From an uncultured Clostridia bacterium (GTDB taxonomy: Bacteria; Bacillota; Clostridia; Christensenellales; UBA1242): a DNA stretch of 64,000 bases. Of the stretch, positions 26,432 to 36,265 are shown in pieces. The DNA lies in assembly GCA_937896905.1 (NCBI GenBank), contig CALBOE010000006.1:57336-121335 (forward strand), read 5' to 3'. The first letter of the stretch is position 1, and every line of letters begins with the position of its first letter. A program made the translations under genes and the position numbers. The notes beneath the pieces were generated by a model. That model was not told the origin of the DNA. It did not search any database and saw only the letters and a program-made list of their open reading frames with translations.

Positions 26432-28132
26432 TTATTGTTTTACTTTTGTTTTAATTGGTTTTGCCGGGGTTTTTTCAACTTTAACCCGGTTGTTTTCCAC
26501 CACATAAGTTAAATCGGCAATTGAATCGTATTTATTGTCATGCGTAAACAATACTATTGTTTTGGTGTTAAGCACTTTGTTTTTCACAATCTTTTTAATT
26601 TTTGTTTTAAATTGCCTAGAAACTCCTTCTGGCAATTCATAAATAAGCAAAATTTTGCAACCCGAACATATTGCCCTAATAAGTCCCAACATAAACAAAT
26701 CTTCTGCCGAATTTACAACTGAAATGTCTGTGTTAAAACCGCTTGGTAAAGCCATAATGTCGTCTAAAAATTCTAATTCTTCACAAACCTGTTTAACCTT
26801 GTTAAAATCGTTTTGCATAACGCACAAATTTTCTTTAATTGTGCCACGAATAAAATGTGGGTGCTGACTGCAATACGATATGTGATTGTGGAAAGTTTTT
26901 TCGTTGTAATCATATAAATTTAGGTTATCTAACAAAACAATTCCACTATCCGGCATAATGTCGCGCCTTAGCATATTGAATATTAATCTTTTGCCACTTT
27001 TCTTTGCCCCTTTAATTACATTAATTCCGCCCATTTTAAACGAAATATCCACATTTTTTAACAAGCCAAAGTTGTTAGATAGTTCACTTTTGTTTTCATA
27101 GTTAACATCAATTAAACCTAAATTATAGGCATCTACTTCTTTGTTAATTTCGCCATATTGTTTTTTTTGCTTATCGGTTAAACCTAAAATTAAATTCACC
27201 CTGTCCACATCAACTCGCATGTTTTCCAACGAATTGGTTTTATCGAATAACGTGTTTAATTTATCCGTGCAAGTTGTTAAGTATGGAACTATAATTAAAT
27301 AAGTTTCTATGCCCAAACTGCCTTTGGTTACAAAAAACATCATTAACGCAGCAATTGCATAAACAATAACATTCCACGCCGCATGCCAGAGATTTGATTT
27401 ACAAGAATTAACATTATAATAATTAGTGTAAGCCTTCGCTTGATTATCCACACTTTTAATAAGTTCGTCTTCATATCTGCTGTTGTGTGACAAATTTTCA
27501 ATAACTGTTTTCCCATCTAAAACATTGGTGTAGGAGGATAAAATTAAATCTTTTTTCTCATTTCTCTCTTTCAATATTTTTCCAAGACGCTTATTAAATT
27601 TATAATAAGCAAAGAAATTAATAACGCCTAATGCAAGCACCAATACACCTGCCAACCAATTAGCCGTAAACACATTAACTAATGCAATAATAACTAACAC
27701 CGAATATGCAATAAAAGACGAAACCGCATCTGGAAATTCACTTAAATTACCAACGTTGTTCAGTGCAATGTTAACTATTCTATCCTTTGTTAATCCTTTT
27801 ATTGAACTATCGGAACTCCTTATAATTTTATTGTAAATTTTTCGTGCAACCACATGCCGGATTTGTTCAACCTGCCTGCTCCAAAAAGTATGTTGAATGT
27901 GCATAAAAATAGTCCTAAGCACAATACTGGCAAGCTCAAACCCTAACCACATAAAAGCATGTGGCCAATCTTTAACATACATGCAGTTAATGGTTTTGGC
28001 TGCAAAAATTGTGAACAAAGCCAACATAATTGTGTGGGCGGCATAGAAAAACGTTTGCCAAAACCATATCATTTTATTTGGCTGACATAACTTATACCAA
28101 CTTTTTAAAATATTCTCTTTTTTTCTTTTCAT
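26432..28132 (-). CDS. ABC-type transporter fusion (6-TM domain plus degenerate nucleotide-binding domain)
   Basis: 566 aa. N-terminal ABC membrane-domain-like helices. Walker A-like GAKKSGKR (R replaces S/T). No recognisable LSGGQ signature. Walker B-like ILLIYE. Terminator at 26386-26413. Confidence 0.7.
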   Translation of the reverse strand: MKRKKENILKSWYKLCQPNKMIWFWQTFFYAAHTIMLALFTIFAAKTINCMYVKDWPHAFMWLGFELASIVLRTIFMHIQHTFWSRQVEQIRHVVARKIYNKIIRSSDSSIKGLTKDRIVNIALNNVGNLSEFPDAVSSFIAYSVLVIIALVNVFTANWLAGVLVLALGVINFFAYYKFNKRLGKILKERNEKKDLILSSYTNVLDGKTVIENLSHNSRYEDELIKSVDNQAKAYTNYYNVNSCKSNLWHAAWNVIVYAIAALMMFFVTKGSLGIETYLIIVPYLTTCTDKLNTLFDKTNSLENMRVDVDRVNLILGLTDKQKKQYGEINKEVDAYNLGLIDVNYENKSELSNNFGLLKNVDISFKMGGINVIKGAKKSGKRLIFNMLRRDIMPDSGIVLLDNLNLYDYNEKTFHNHISYCSQHPHFIRGTIKENLCVMQNDFNKVKQVCEELEFLDDIMALPSGFNTDISVVNSAEDLFMLGLIRAICSGCKILLIYELPEGVSRQFKTKIKKIVKNKVLNTKTIVLFTHDNKYDSIADLTYVVENNRVKVEKTPAKPIKTKVKQ

Positions 28133-28167
28133 ATTATAATTTTACCATTTTCAATTTAGTTTATCAA
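28133..28167 (-). promoter_or_regulatory. Leaderless-layout promoter of the ABC gene
   Basis: TTGATA (28167-28162), 17-nt spacer, TAAAAT (28144-28139), 6 nt, ATG at 28132. Confidence 0.5.
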
Positions 28168-28336
28168 ACAAATTTAATTTGTTTATTGCAATTTTCACCA
28201 ACAACACAAGCAAAAAGTGGCAAATTTTTCAACAATGCCAACGGTTAATTAGTTGCCAAAATATTCAAAGTTTGCTACAATAACCTTAATTGTGTTTAAA
28301 AACAATAAATTCACGTATTAAAAAGGACAACTAAAC

Positions 28337-31033
28337 ATGGGACTATTTTCTTATCTATTCGCTTCGGACAACAAGCGAAGCTTAATTAAAATTGATAAAA
28401 TTATTGCTCAAATTGACGGAAAAGCAGAAACCTACGCAAAGATGGACGACGCCACTTTGCAGGCACAAACCCAAATTTTGAAGGAAAGATTGGCAAATGG
28501 CGAAACAACCGACCAAATTTTGCCAGACGCTTTTGCCGTTGTTAGAGAAGCTTCTACTCGCGTGCTTGGGCAAAAGCACTTTAAAGTTCAGCTTATTGGT
28601 GGCGTTGTGTTGCACCAAGGCCGTATTGCCGAAATGAGAACTGGTGAAGGTAAAACCTTAACAGCAACCACAGCAGTTTATTTAAATGCTTTAACCGGCA
28701 AAAACGTTCACGTTATTACAGTTAACGAATATTTGGCAACTTATCAAGCAGAATTAATGGGAAGATTATATAAATTCCTTGGCCTAACCATTGGCGTTAC
28801 CCTATCTGGCCAAAGCCCAGAACAAAAAAAGCAGGCATATTTGTGCGACATTACCTACGGCACAAACAACGAATTTGGTTTCGACTATTTGCGCGACAAT
28901 ATGCAAGTTGAAAACAAATATAAAGTTCAACGTGGGCATCATTTCTGCATCGTGGACGAAGTGGACAGCATTTTAATTGACGAGGCAAGAACTCCACTTA
29001 TCATTTCTGGAATTGGCGGAAAAACTAGCGAACTTTATGCCGTGGCAGACAATTTTGTTAAAAGATTAAAAGACGAAGATGTGGATATAGACCAAAAGCA
29101 CAAACAAATTCGTTTAACCGAAACTGGTGTTACCAAAGCAGAAACCTATTTTAAACTTGAAAATCTTTCCGACATTAACAACCTTGAAATTAACCATCAC
29201 ATAAACAATGCTCTTCGTGCAAACTATTTAATGAAGAAAGACATTAACTACATTGTTCGTGAAGATGAAATTTTAATTGTTGACGAATTTACTGGCCGTG
29301 TTATGCAAGGCAGACGTTATTCAGACGGTTTGCACCAAGCAATTGAAGCAAAAGAGCACGTAAAAATTAAAGACGAAAACAAAACTCTTGCAACCATCAC
29401 CTTCCAAAACTACTTTAAGTTATATTCAAAATTAAGTGGAATGACTGGTACTGCAAAAACAGAAGAAACCGAATTTAACAAAATATATAGTTTAGACGTT
29501 GTTACAATTCCAACCAACAAGCCGGTTCAAAGAGTTGACGAACAAGATATGATTTTCTTCACAGAGCAAGCAAAGTTTAAAGCCATTGTGGAAGAAATTA
29601 AGGAAAAACACGAAAAAGGTCAACCAATTCTTGTAGGCACTGCTTCGGTTGAAAAGTCTGAGCGCATTAGTGCCGACATTAAAAAATTAGGCATTCCACA
29701 CAACCTATTAAACGCAAAAAACCACGAACTAGAAAGCCAAATTATTGCGCAATCTGGCCGTGTTGGAGCGGTTACAATTGCCACAAACATGGCAGGCCGC
29801 GGAACCGACATTTTGCTTGGCGGCAACCCAGAATTCTTGGCAAAACAAAAATTGTTAAACGAAAACGTTGAGCAAGCGGTTATAGATAAAATAACAACCT
29901 ACAACTCCACCCTAACCGAAGAAGAAAGCATTGCAAAAGAAAAATACACCAAATACTTGGCAGAATTTAAACAAAAAACTGACGAAGAAAAACAAAAAGT
30001 TATTGAACTTGGCGGGCTTCACATTCTTGGCACAGAACGCCACGAATCTCGCAGAATAGATAATCAGTTGCGTGGCCGTGCTGGACGTCAGGGGGACGTT
30101 GGTTCTAGCATTTTCTTCATTTCGTTAGAAGACGATTTGCCTCAACGTTTTGGCGAAGATAGAATGAAAAATTGGTTCTCTATTGTTTTCCGCGGAAATG
30201 AAGATATGCCTATTCAATCTAAACTTTTAACAAAGTTCTTCGAAACCGCACAAAAGAAAGTGGAAGCAATGAACTTTGGCATTCGTAAAAACGTGCTTGA
30301 ATATGACGACGTTTTAAATAAACAACGTCAAATTATATACACAGAAAGGGATAAGGTTTTAAACGATGTGGATATCCACCCACAAATCATCGAAATGATG
30401 AAAGAATACATTGCAGAACAAACCACCACCTACCTAGACGAAACCAAACCATACTACGAGTGGGATTTAGAACCTTTAAACAAAGCCCTTGAAGATAAAT
30501 TCTTTGCAAAAGGAACCAACCTTGTTACAAAAGAATTTGTGGAAGAGTTAGACGTTCAAACAGTGGCACAAAACATTTACGAAAAAGCTTTGGAAATTTA
30601 CGAAAAGAAAATTGAAGAAGTTAAAAAGTTGGGGCTAGATTTTGCAATTGTAGAACGTAGCACACTGCTTAGAGTTGTTGATAAGTTCTGGACAGACCAT
30701 ATCGACGCAATGAACACACTAAGAAACGAAATTGGAATTTTATCCTACGGCCAAAAGGACCCTATTGTTGCCTACAAAAACCAAGGTTTTGATATGTTCG
30801 ACAAAATGATTGATGAAATACGCAACTACACCGCTTCTGGCTTGTTCCGCACACAAGTTAAGGTTAACATCGTTCCAGCAAAACCAAAAGGACCAATTGC
30901 AATGGGCAACGTTAACAAAACCGAAAACAATGCAGCAAAAAACAACTCTTCCCACATTGGAAGAAACGACCTTTGCCCTTGCGGAAGTGGCAAAAAATAT
31001 AAAAACTGCTGCGCATTAAAAGACCAAAAGTAA
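28337..31033 (+). CDS. secA: Preprotein translocase ATPase SecA
   Basis: 898 aa. MRTGEGKT Walker A. DEVDSILIDEARTPLIISG. C-terminal zinc finger CPCGSGKKYKNCC. Confidence 0.98.
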   Translation: MGLFSYLFASDNKRSLIKIDKIIAQIDGKAETYAKMDDATLQAQTQILKERLANGETTDQILPDAFAVVREASTRVLGQKHFKVQLIGGVVLHQGRIAEMRTGEGKTLTATTAVYLNALTGKNVHVITVNEYLATYQAELMGRLYKFLGLTIGVTLSGQSPEQKKQAYLCDITYGTNNEFGFDYLRDNMQVENKYKVQRGHHFCIVDEVDSILIDEARTPLIISGIGGKTSELYAVADNFVKRLKDEDVDIDQKHKQIRLTETGVTKAETYFKLENLSDINNLEINHHINNALRANYLMKKDINYIVREDEILIVDEFTGRVMQGRRYSDGLHQAIEAKEHVKIKDENKTLATITFQNYFKLYSKLSGMTGTAKTEETEFNKIYSLDVVTIPTNKPVQRVDEQDMIFFTEQAKFKAIVEEIKEKHEKGQPILVGTASVEKSERISADIKKLGIPHNLLNAKNHELESQIIAQSGRVGAVTIATNMAGRGTDILLGGNPEFLAKQKLLNENVEQAVIDKITTYNSTLTEEESIAKEKYTKYLAEFKQKTDEEKQKVIELGGLHILGTERHESRRIDNQLRGRAGRQGDVGSSIFFISLEDDLPQRFGEDRMKNWFSIVFRGNEDMPIQSKLLTKFFETAQKKVEAMNFGIRKNVLEYDDVLNKQRQIIYTERDKVLNDVDIHPQIIEMMKEYIAEQTTTYLDETKPYYEWDLEPLNKALEDKFFAKGTNLVTKEFVEELDVQTVAQNIYEKALEIYEKKIEEVKKLGLDFAIVERSTLLRVVDKFWTDHIDAMNTLRNEIGILSYGQKDPIVAYKNQGFDMFDKMIDEIRNYTASGLFRTQVKVNIVPAKPKGPIAMGNVNKTENNAAKNNSSHIGRNDLCPCGSGKKYKNCCALKDQK

Positions 31034-31037
31034 AAAC

Positions 31038-31069
31038 AAAAAAATCGAGTGAAATGCTCGATTTTTTTA
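31038..31069. terminator. Bidirectional terminator between secA and recR
   Basis: A-run, atcgag...ctcgat stem, T7 run. Confidence 0.8.
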
Positions 31070-31092
31070 TTAGTATTACTCTTATTTTAAAT

Positions 31093-31686
31093 TTACATTT
31101 CTCGGCGGGAGGTTAAGGCTTTGGAAAGTGTTGCGGGGTCGGCGTATTCTAGTTCACTTCCCATGGCAACCCCTTGTGCAATTCTTGAAACTTTAACGCC
31201 AAGTGGTTTTAGCAGGTTAGCAATGTAAATTGCGGTGGCTTCCCCTTCAACGTCCGGGTTAGTGGCAACAATAACTTCTTTAATGTTCTCTTCACCTACT
31301 CTTGCAAGTAGCGAACGCAAATTAATGTCGTTTGGCCCCTTACCTTCTAGCGGATTTATAACTCCATGCAAAATGTGGTAAGTTCCATTAAATTCTCTAA
31401 CCTTTTCAAGCGCAATAACGTCCTTTGGCTCTTTAACAACACAAATAATTGGCTCTTTTTTAGGATTGGAACAAATGTCGCAAACTTCTTTATCTGTAAA
31501 ATTAGCGCACACTTTGCAATAGTGAATTGTTTGCTTTGCTTCTAGCATGCTTCCGGCAAATTCTTGAACTTCTTCGTCGCTCATTGTTAGCAAAAAATAG
31601 GCATATCTTTGTGCGGACTTTTTGCCCACACTAGGTAGCCTAGAAAATTCATTAACAAGACGTTCAAAACTGCTAATGTTGTTCAT
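31093..31686 (-). CDS. recR: Recombination protein RecR
   Basis: LPSVGKKSAQRYAYFLL helix-hairpin-helix, a C4 zinc finger (CKVC...CDIC), and a Toprim region. Confidence 0.95.
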   Translation of the reverse strand: MNNISSFERLVNEFSRLPSVGKKSAQRYAYFLLTMSDEEVQEFAGSMLEAKQTIHYCKVCANFTDKEVCDICSNPKKEPIICVVKEPKDVIALEKVREFNGTYHILHGVINPLEGKGPNDINLRSLLARVGEENIKEVIVATNPDVEGEATAIYIANLLKPLGVKVSRIAQGVAMGSELEYADPATLSKALTSRREM

Positions 31687-32018
31687 TACATTAATCCGCC
31701 CAAACCGCCCATTGGAGATTTTTCCTTAGAAAGTTCGTCCGCTTTTGCCATTGCGTCGTTAAACGCAACAACCAACAAATCTTCCAACATTTCAACATCA
31801 TCAGGGTCTACTGCATTTTTGTTAAGTTTAATGCTTTTTAATTCCTTTTTGCCAGACATTATAACGGTTACCATTTCACCGCCAGCTTTGCCCACAACTT
31901 CAGCTTCTTCCAATTCTTTTTGCGCTTTTTCCATTTGTTCTTGCATTTTGCGGGCTTGTTGCATAAGCGCATTCATATTCATTCCGCCACCAAAACCGCC
32001 AAAATTTCCGTATGCCAT
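31686..32018 (-). CDS. ybaB: Nucleoid-associated protein YbaB/EbfC
   Basis: 110 aa with the MQQARKMQEQMEKAQKELE pattern. Conserved dnaX-ybaB-recR order. Confidence 0.9.
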   Translation of the reverse strand: MAYGNFGGFGGGMNMNALMQQARKMQEQMEKAQKELEEAEVVGKAGGEMVTVIMSGKKELKSIKLNKNAVDPDDVEMLEDLLVVAFNDAMAKADELSKEKSPMGGLGGLM

Positions 32019-32021
32019 AAA

Positions 32022-33509
32022 TTACTCCTTAAATTTTATTTTGCTTTTAAATGCTTCCCGCAAATTGTCCTTAACGTCCTGCGCGGAAACATTTGATTTA
32101 TCATATTCAACAGCAACTTGTTCAATGCTGTCGTCAAATAATTTAACTAAATTTAATAATACATTAATTCTTTCTTTGTTGTCAATCATTTGATAACTGC
32201 CCAAATCGTTTGTGTAGATTTTAATTGTGTTAAGCACCTTTTCCACTTTATTAACAGTTATTAACGCATTGGAAAGAGCAAATAAATTGTTTTCCTTAAC
32301 TTTTCTTAAAACATTGCCCCAAATTTTTTCCGCCTCTGTTTTGTTTTCAACAGTAATTGTTGGTGCTTGCTGAATTTGCGCCACTTTTGGTGCCGATGTT
32401 TCCACCGAAGTTGCTTGTTGTGGAACCTGCTCGAATTTAACCAAATCTAAACACGCACTTTCAAATAAATTTTCTGGGTTTATGCTATATTTTAAGTCCA
32501 ATTCAATGTTGGCAAACTTGCTGAACGCCGCTTTTAAATAGTTTAAATCGAACTTATTGGCAAGCTCTGCATATCCGGCATATTCTCCCGGCAAAATGTC
32601 TAGCACGGCATAATCGCCAACTCCAACCTTAATCATAACAAGGTTCTTAATAAAATCCGCCATTTCCTTGCACAAAACTTGAATGTTTTTGCCAACACCT
32701 AATGCTTTTTTAACCGCAACAAACAGCCCATTAATGTCCTTATTAATAATCGACAATAAAATGTCTTTAATACTATCCTTGCTGGAAAGTCCAATAACCT
32801 TTTCTGTGGCAGCATAGGTAATGTCGTTATCGCAGTATGCCGCAACACTGTCGGCAATAGAAAGCATATCTCTAACGCTTCCCTCGCCCGCCTTTGCAAT
32901 TAAGTGCAAACTTTTTTCATCGCACTTAATGCCCTTTTTGTTGAACACAAACTTTAAATGATTTGTTAAAGTTGCCACATCTAGAAGTTTAAAATCGAAC
33001 CTCATGCAACGAGATAATATTGTTGCTGGCAATTTGTGAATTTCGGTGGTTGCCAAAATGAATATAACAAACTTTGGTGGCTCTTCTAATGTTTTTAAAA
33101 GTGCATTAAAGGCGCTGTCGGTTAACATATGAACTTCGTCTATAATATAAACCTTATATTTGCCAATAAGCGGTGGATAACTAACTTTTTCCCTTAAATC
33201 TCTAATTTCTTCAACCCTGTTGTTGCTGGCTGCGTCTATTTCAAAAATGTCGGTGTTTGGTTCGTTAAGCGCCACACATTCGCCACACATTCCGCAAGGG
33301 TTGCCATCATTAGAATGTGTGCAATTAACTGCCCTGGCAAAAATTTTTGCCATACTGGTTTTACCCGTGCCTCGTGGGCCACAAAATAAATATGCGTGCG
33401 TTAATTTGTTGCCTTTAATTTGATTTTTTAAGGTTTTAACAATATATTCTTGGCTAACAATTTCATCAAAATTTTTTGGTCTAAACTCTCTGTATAATGC
33501 TAATGCCAT
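32022..33509 (-). CDS. dnaX: DNA polymerase III subunit gamma/tau
   Basis: GPRGTGKTS Walker A, a Zn module (CGMCGEC), and an SRC motif. The ATG at 33509 overlaps the sigH TGA (GTGATG). AGGAGAG RBS. Confidence 0.93.
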   Translation of the reverse strand: MALALYREFRPKNFDEIVSQEYIVKTLKNQIKGNKLTHAYLFCGPRGTGKTSMAKIFARAVNCTHSNDGNPCGMCGECVALNEPNTDIFEIDAASNNRVEEIRDLREKVSYPPLIGKYKVYIIDEVHMLTDSAFNALLKTLEEPPKFVIFILATTEIHKLPATILSRCMRFDFKLLDVATLTNHLKFVFNKKGIKCDEKSLHLIAKAGEGSVRDMLSIADSVAAYCDNDITYAATEKVIGLSSKDSIKDILLSIINKDINGLFVAVKKALGVGKNIQVLCKEMADFIKNLVMIKVGVGDYAVLDILPGEYAGYAELANKFDLNYLKAAFSKFANIELDLKYSINPENLFESACLDLVKFEQVPQQATSVETSAPKVAQIQQAPTITVENKTEAEKIWGNVLRKVKENNLFALSNALITVNKVEKVLNTIKIYTNDLGSYQMIDNKERINVLLNLVKLFDDSIEQVAVEYDKSNVSAQDVKDNLREAFKSKIKFKE

Positions 33510-34108
33510 CACACCTCTCCTTTAATTGTTTTAAGTTTACGTTTTATTGCTTGCAAGTTGTTGTCCACTTGTTTTACGGTTAAATTTGCAGCTTTTGCCA
33601 TATGTTCATATGAATATCCGTTCAAAAACTGTTTTAAAAGATTAAATTGTTCTTCTGTTAAAATGTTTTTAACCTTGCTTATAACAATTGTTTGCATTTC
33701 TTTGTTTATAATGTTTTGTTCTATGTTGCTTTCATCGTCGGCAATAACAAGTTTTAGCACCTCTTCGTCGTCGTTTCGGTCGTCAAATCTGGAAATTGGA
33801 ACGTAACTATTCAGCGGAGCATTTTTCTTTCGTCCTGCATTTTTAACCGCATTTTGAAGTTGGCGGTGAATGCAAAGCGAAGCAAATGAGGCAAAATTAT
33901 GGTTTTTTTGTGCATCATACACCATAACCGCCTTATACAACCCAATCATACCCTCTTGAATAAGGTCGTCAAAATCTGCGCCCAGCAAAAAGTATTCACG
34001 AGAAATGGCGGTAACTTTTGGCTTAAACATTCTCATTAATGTTTCCATTGCCTGCTCGCCGTGATTTTGTGCTCCCAATATTGTTTCGTTTAGCACCTCT
34101 TCTTGCAA
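33509..34108 (-). CDS. sigH: RNA polymerase sigma factor SigH-like
   Basis: The block YFLLGADFDDLIQEGMIGLYKAV...SFASFASLCIHRQ closely parallels Bacillus SigH regions 2.1-2.4. A region-4 HTH is present. TTG start abuts the rlmB stop. Confidence 0.85.
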   Translation of the reverse strand: MQEEVLNETILGAQNHGEQAMETLMRMFKPKVTAISREYFLLGADFDDLIQEGMIGLYKAVMVYDAQKNHNFASFASLCIHRQLQNAVKNAGRKKNAPLNSYVPISRFDDRNDDEEVLKLVIADDESNIEQNIINKEMQTIVISKVKNILTEEQFNLLKQFLNGYSYEHMAKAANLTVKQVDNNLQAIKRKLKTIKGEV

Positions 34109-34828
34109 TTATTTTCTCCTTTGCCTAACAACTTCATAAATTCCAATGGCACTTGCGCAACTTGCATTTAAACTGTTAACGCTTCCAAACATATCTAGCG
34201 AAAGAACTTCGTCCACAGTTTCTTTAACAAGGCGAGAAACTCCTTTACCTTCGCTTCCAATCACCAAACAAGTTGGATATGTGAAATCTGCTTCATAAAT
34301 GCGCTTATTGCCCGCTTCCAAAGCATAAGTCCACACACCGGCTTGTTGCAAATCTTTAACCGTTCTAGTTAAATTTGTTACCATTGCCACTGGCATATTA
34401 ACAACCGCACCAGCGCTTGTTTTATAAACTGTTTCGTTAATTTCACACGCGCGGTTTTCTGGAATAATAACCCCATCAACTCCTGCGCATTCGCAAGTTC
34501 TTATAATTGCACCAACGTTGTGCGGATCCACAATGCCATCTAGCATCACAATAAAGGCAGGCTTATTTTTGTTTTCTGTCAATTTTAAAATATTTTCCAC
34601 AGTTGTGTATTTAAAATTAGGAATAAACGCTAAAACTCCCTGATTTTTGCCCTTAAAAATGCGTTCCACATCTCGCTTTGGCAAAACTTCCACCTTAATG
34701 CCAACACTTCTTGCCCTATCTACTAAATTTATAATGTCCTTATTGCCACAATCCTCGGCAATAATTTTTTCAATTCTTTTGTTAGCGTTTAATAACTCTC
34801 TAACAACATTAACTCCTTCAACAATCAT
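34109..34828 (-). CDS. rlmB: 23S rRNA 2'-O-ribose methyltransferase, TrmH/SpoU family (YacO/RlmB-like)
   Basis: SpoU motifs (LDGIVDPHNVGAIIRT, LVIGSEGKGVS, SLNASCASAI). Conserved mrnC-rlmB-sigH synteny. Confidence 0.85.
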   Translation of the reverse strand: MIVEGVNVVRELLNANKRIEKIIAEDCGNKDIINLVDRARSVGIKVEVLPKRDVERIFKGKNQGVLAFIPNFKYTTVENILKLTENKNKPAFIVMLDGIVDPHNVGAIIRTCECAGVDGVIIPENRACEINETVYKTSAGAVVNMPVAMVTNLTRTVKDLQQAGVWTYALEAGNKRIYEADFTYPTCLVIGSEGKGVSRLVKETVDEVLSLDMFGSVNSLNASCASAIGIYEVVRQRRK

Positions 34829-35217
34829 AATGTTTCCACCACAAACCTTTTAAACATTTTCTCTAATTTTTCTTTTTGGCCCGATAAATGCCAATACCCC
34901 ACCAAAGCCTCGAACTGAGTTGCAAGGTTATATTCTTCCAACGTGCTGTTTTTTGCCTTATTATTTGTGTGGCTGTTTCTTGCCCTTTTAATAATATCCA
35001 TTTCGTCGTCGGTTAAATCTTCCTTAATTTGGTTAAGAATTTCTGCCTGATTTCTTGCGCAAACAATTTCGTTTGCCCGCTTATTTAACCCGTTAGATTT
35101 ACAGTTGAACTTTTCAATTAAAAATTCCCTAACCATCAACGTGAACACAGCATCGCCCAAATATGCCAAAACCAGCACATTTCGTTGATATGGGGAAGAT
35201 ATATCTGTTTTATCCAT
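34825..35217 (-). CDS. mrnC: Mini-ribonuclease III
   Basis: 130 aa. LAYLGDAVFTLMVREFL matches the RNase III signature region. Synteny with rlmB. Confidence 0.85.
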   Translation of the reverse strand: MDKTDISSPYQRNVLVLAYLGDAVFTLMVREFLIEKFNCKSNGLNKRANEIVCARNQAEILNQIKEDLTDDEMDIIKRARNSHTNNKAKNSTLEEYNLATQFEALVGYWHLSGQKEKLEKMFKRFVVETL

Positions 35218-35252
35218 AATCTACTTATAACACAATTTGCGAAAAATGTAAA
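35218..35252 (-). promoter_or_regulatory. Leaderless-layout promoter of mrnC
   Basis: TTTACA (35252-35247), 17-nt spacer, TATAAG (35229-35224), 6 nt, ATG at 35217. Confidence 0.55.
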
Positions 35253-35319
35253 GAAGTTACGAAAAAACTTTGACATTTGAAAAAAAAAGGTATAGAATAT
35301 AAAAAATTAGGGGAGATTT

Positions 35320-35829
35320 ATGGAATTTATACACAGAATGAAAAAACGCGAATTCATTGAAATGACACTTAAAACAGTTATTGCCATTTTAGCGTCATTC
35401 ATTGCAATTATATTAATGGAAGGCATGATTTATAGCATAGAACTAAATTCATATATGAAATATGGAATTATGACGCTTAAACAACCAACCTCAACCATTG
35501 CCTACTGTATTGAACGTGGCGACGACGAATATTTCGTTCTTTACTACAATGAAGATAGTGAACCATTGTGGACTGCCGATGCAAAAGCTCCTCTTTTGTC
35601 AAAAGCAGATTGCCTAGCAATGGAAGGAACTGACGTTAAAGAAGTTGTGTTCCACGCACCTAACGCTTTCCAATTCTCAATAAGTGGCATTCACTTTGTT
35701 GTTATGGCAGTTTTCGTTGCCTTAATTGCAGGCTTCTTTGTATATAAATTTATTGCTTTGGGCAAGGAATATAAAAAGATTGAAGAAAACTTTAGAAAAA
35801 CTGGCACAATTGAAATTAACAACATTTAA
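35320..35829 (+). CDS. Hypothetical membrane protein (169 aa)
   Basis: TTGACA-17-TAGAAT promoter and an AGGGGAG RBS. N- and C-terminal TM helices. Terminator at 35838-35865. Confidence 0.6.
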   Translation: MEFIHRMKKREFIEMTLKTVIAILASFIAIILMEGMIYSIELNSYMKYGIMTLKQPTSTIAYCIERGDDEYFVLYYNEDSEPLWTADAKAPLLSKADCLAMEGTDVKEVVFHAPNAFQFSISGIHFVVMAVFVALIAGFFVYKFIALGKEYKKIEENFRKTGTIEINNI

Positions 35830-35874
35830 TAAAAACAAAAGCACCAATTATTTGGTGTTTTTTTTGTTCTTAAA

Positions 35875-36056
35875 ATAAAAAATAAGCCATATACTCAAAC
35901 GAACATATGACTTATTAAGGACTAATAAATAGAAATAAGCATATTGCACAAACTAACATATGGCTTATTAAATAGAAATAAGCATATTGCACAAACTAAC
36001 ATATGGCTTATTAAATAGAAATAAGCATATTGCATATACTATGCATATGGCTTATT
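35875..36056. repeat. Array of four tandem ~43-bp hairpin-containing repeats
   Basis: Units at 35927-35969, 35970-36012 (identical) and 36013-36056, plus a degenerate unit at ~35875-35926. Each carries aataagc(c)atat ... atatggcttatt arms. Confidence 0.85.
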
Positions 36057-36265
36057 ATAACTATCACGCAATGGCAAAACACCTAATTAATGCGGGGAAT
36101 TGCATTTCGGCAACAGTTTTTAAACAATATCACCACATTTACCCCGCACTTGTTCTATACTTTGAAAATCATCGCCCCATTCCAATTAGGCAATACAAGT
36201 GGGCAGAATATTTACCACTGCTAACACGACTTAATATTCCAATTAACAATCCAGAAAATGTGCAA

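Noticed and set aside
32022-33509. Programmed -1 frameshift in dnaX (gamma/tau), as in E. coli.
   Set aside because: I saw no A-AAA-AAG-type slippery heptamer followed by a stable hairpin at a suitable position. The only A-rich run (the KKAL codons near 32705) has no downstream structure.
35927-36056. Possible CRISPR array, given the regular ~43-bp repeats.
   Set aside because: The units are directly abutting with no unique spacers, each unit is itself a hairpin, and no cas genes are present. This is a tandem repeat, not CRISPR.
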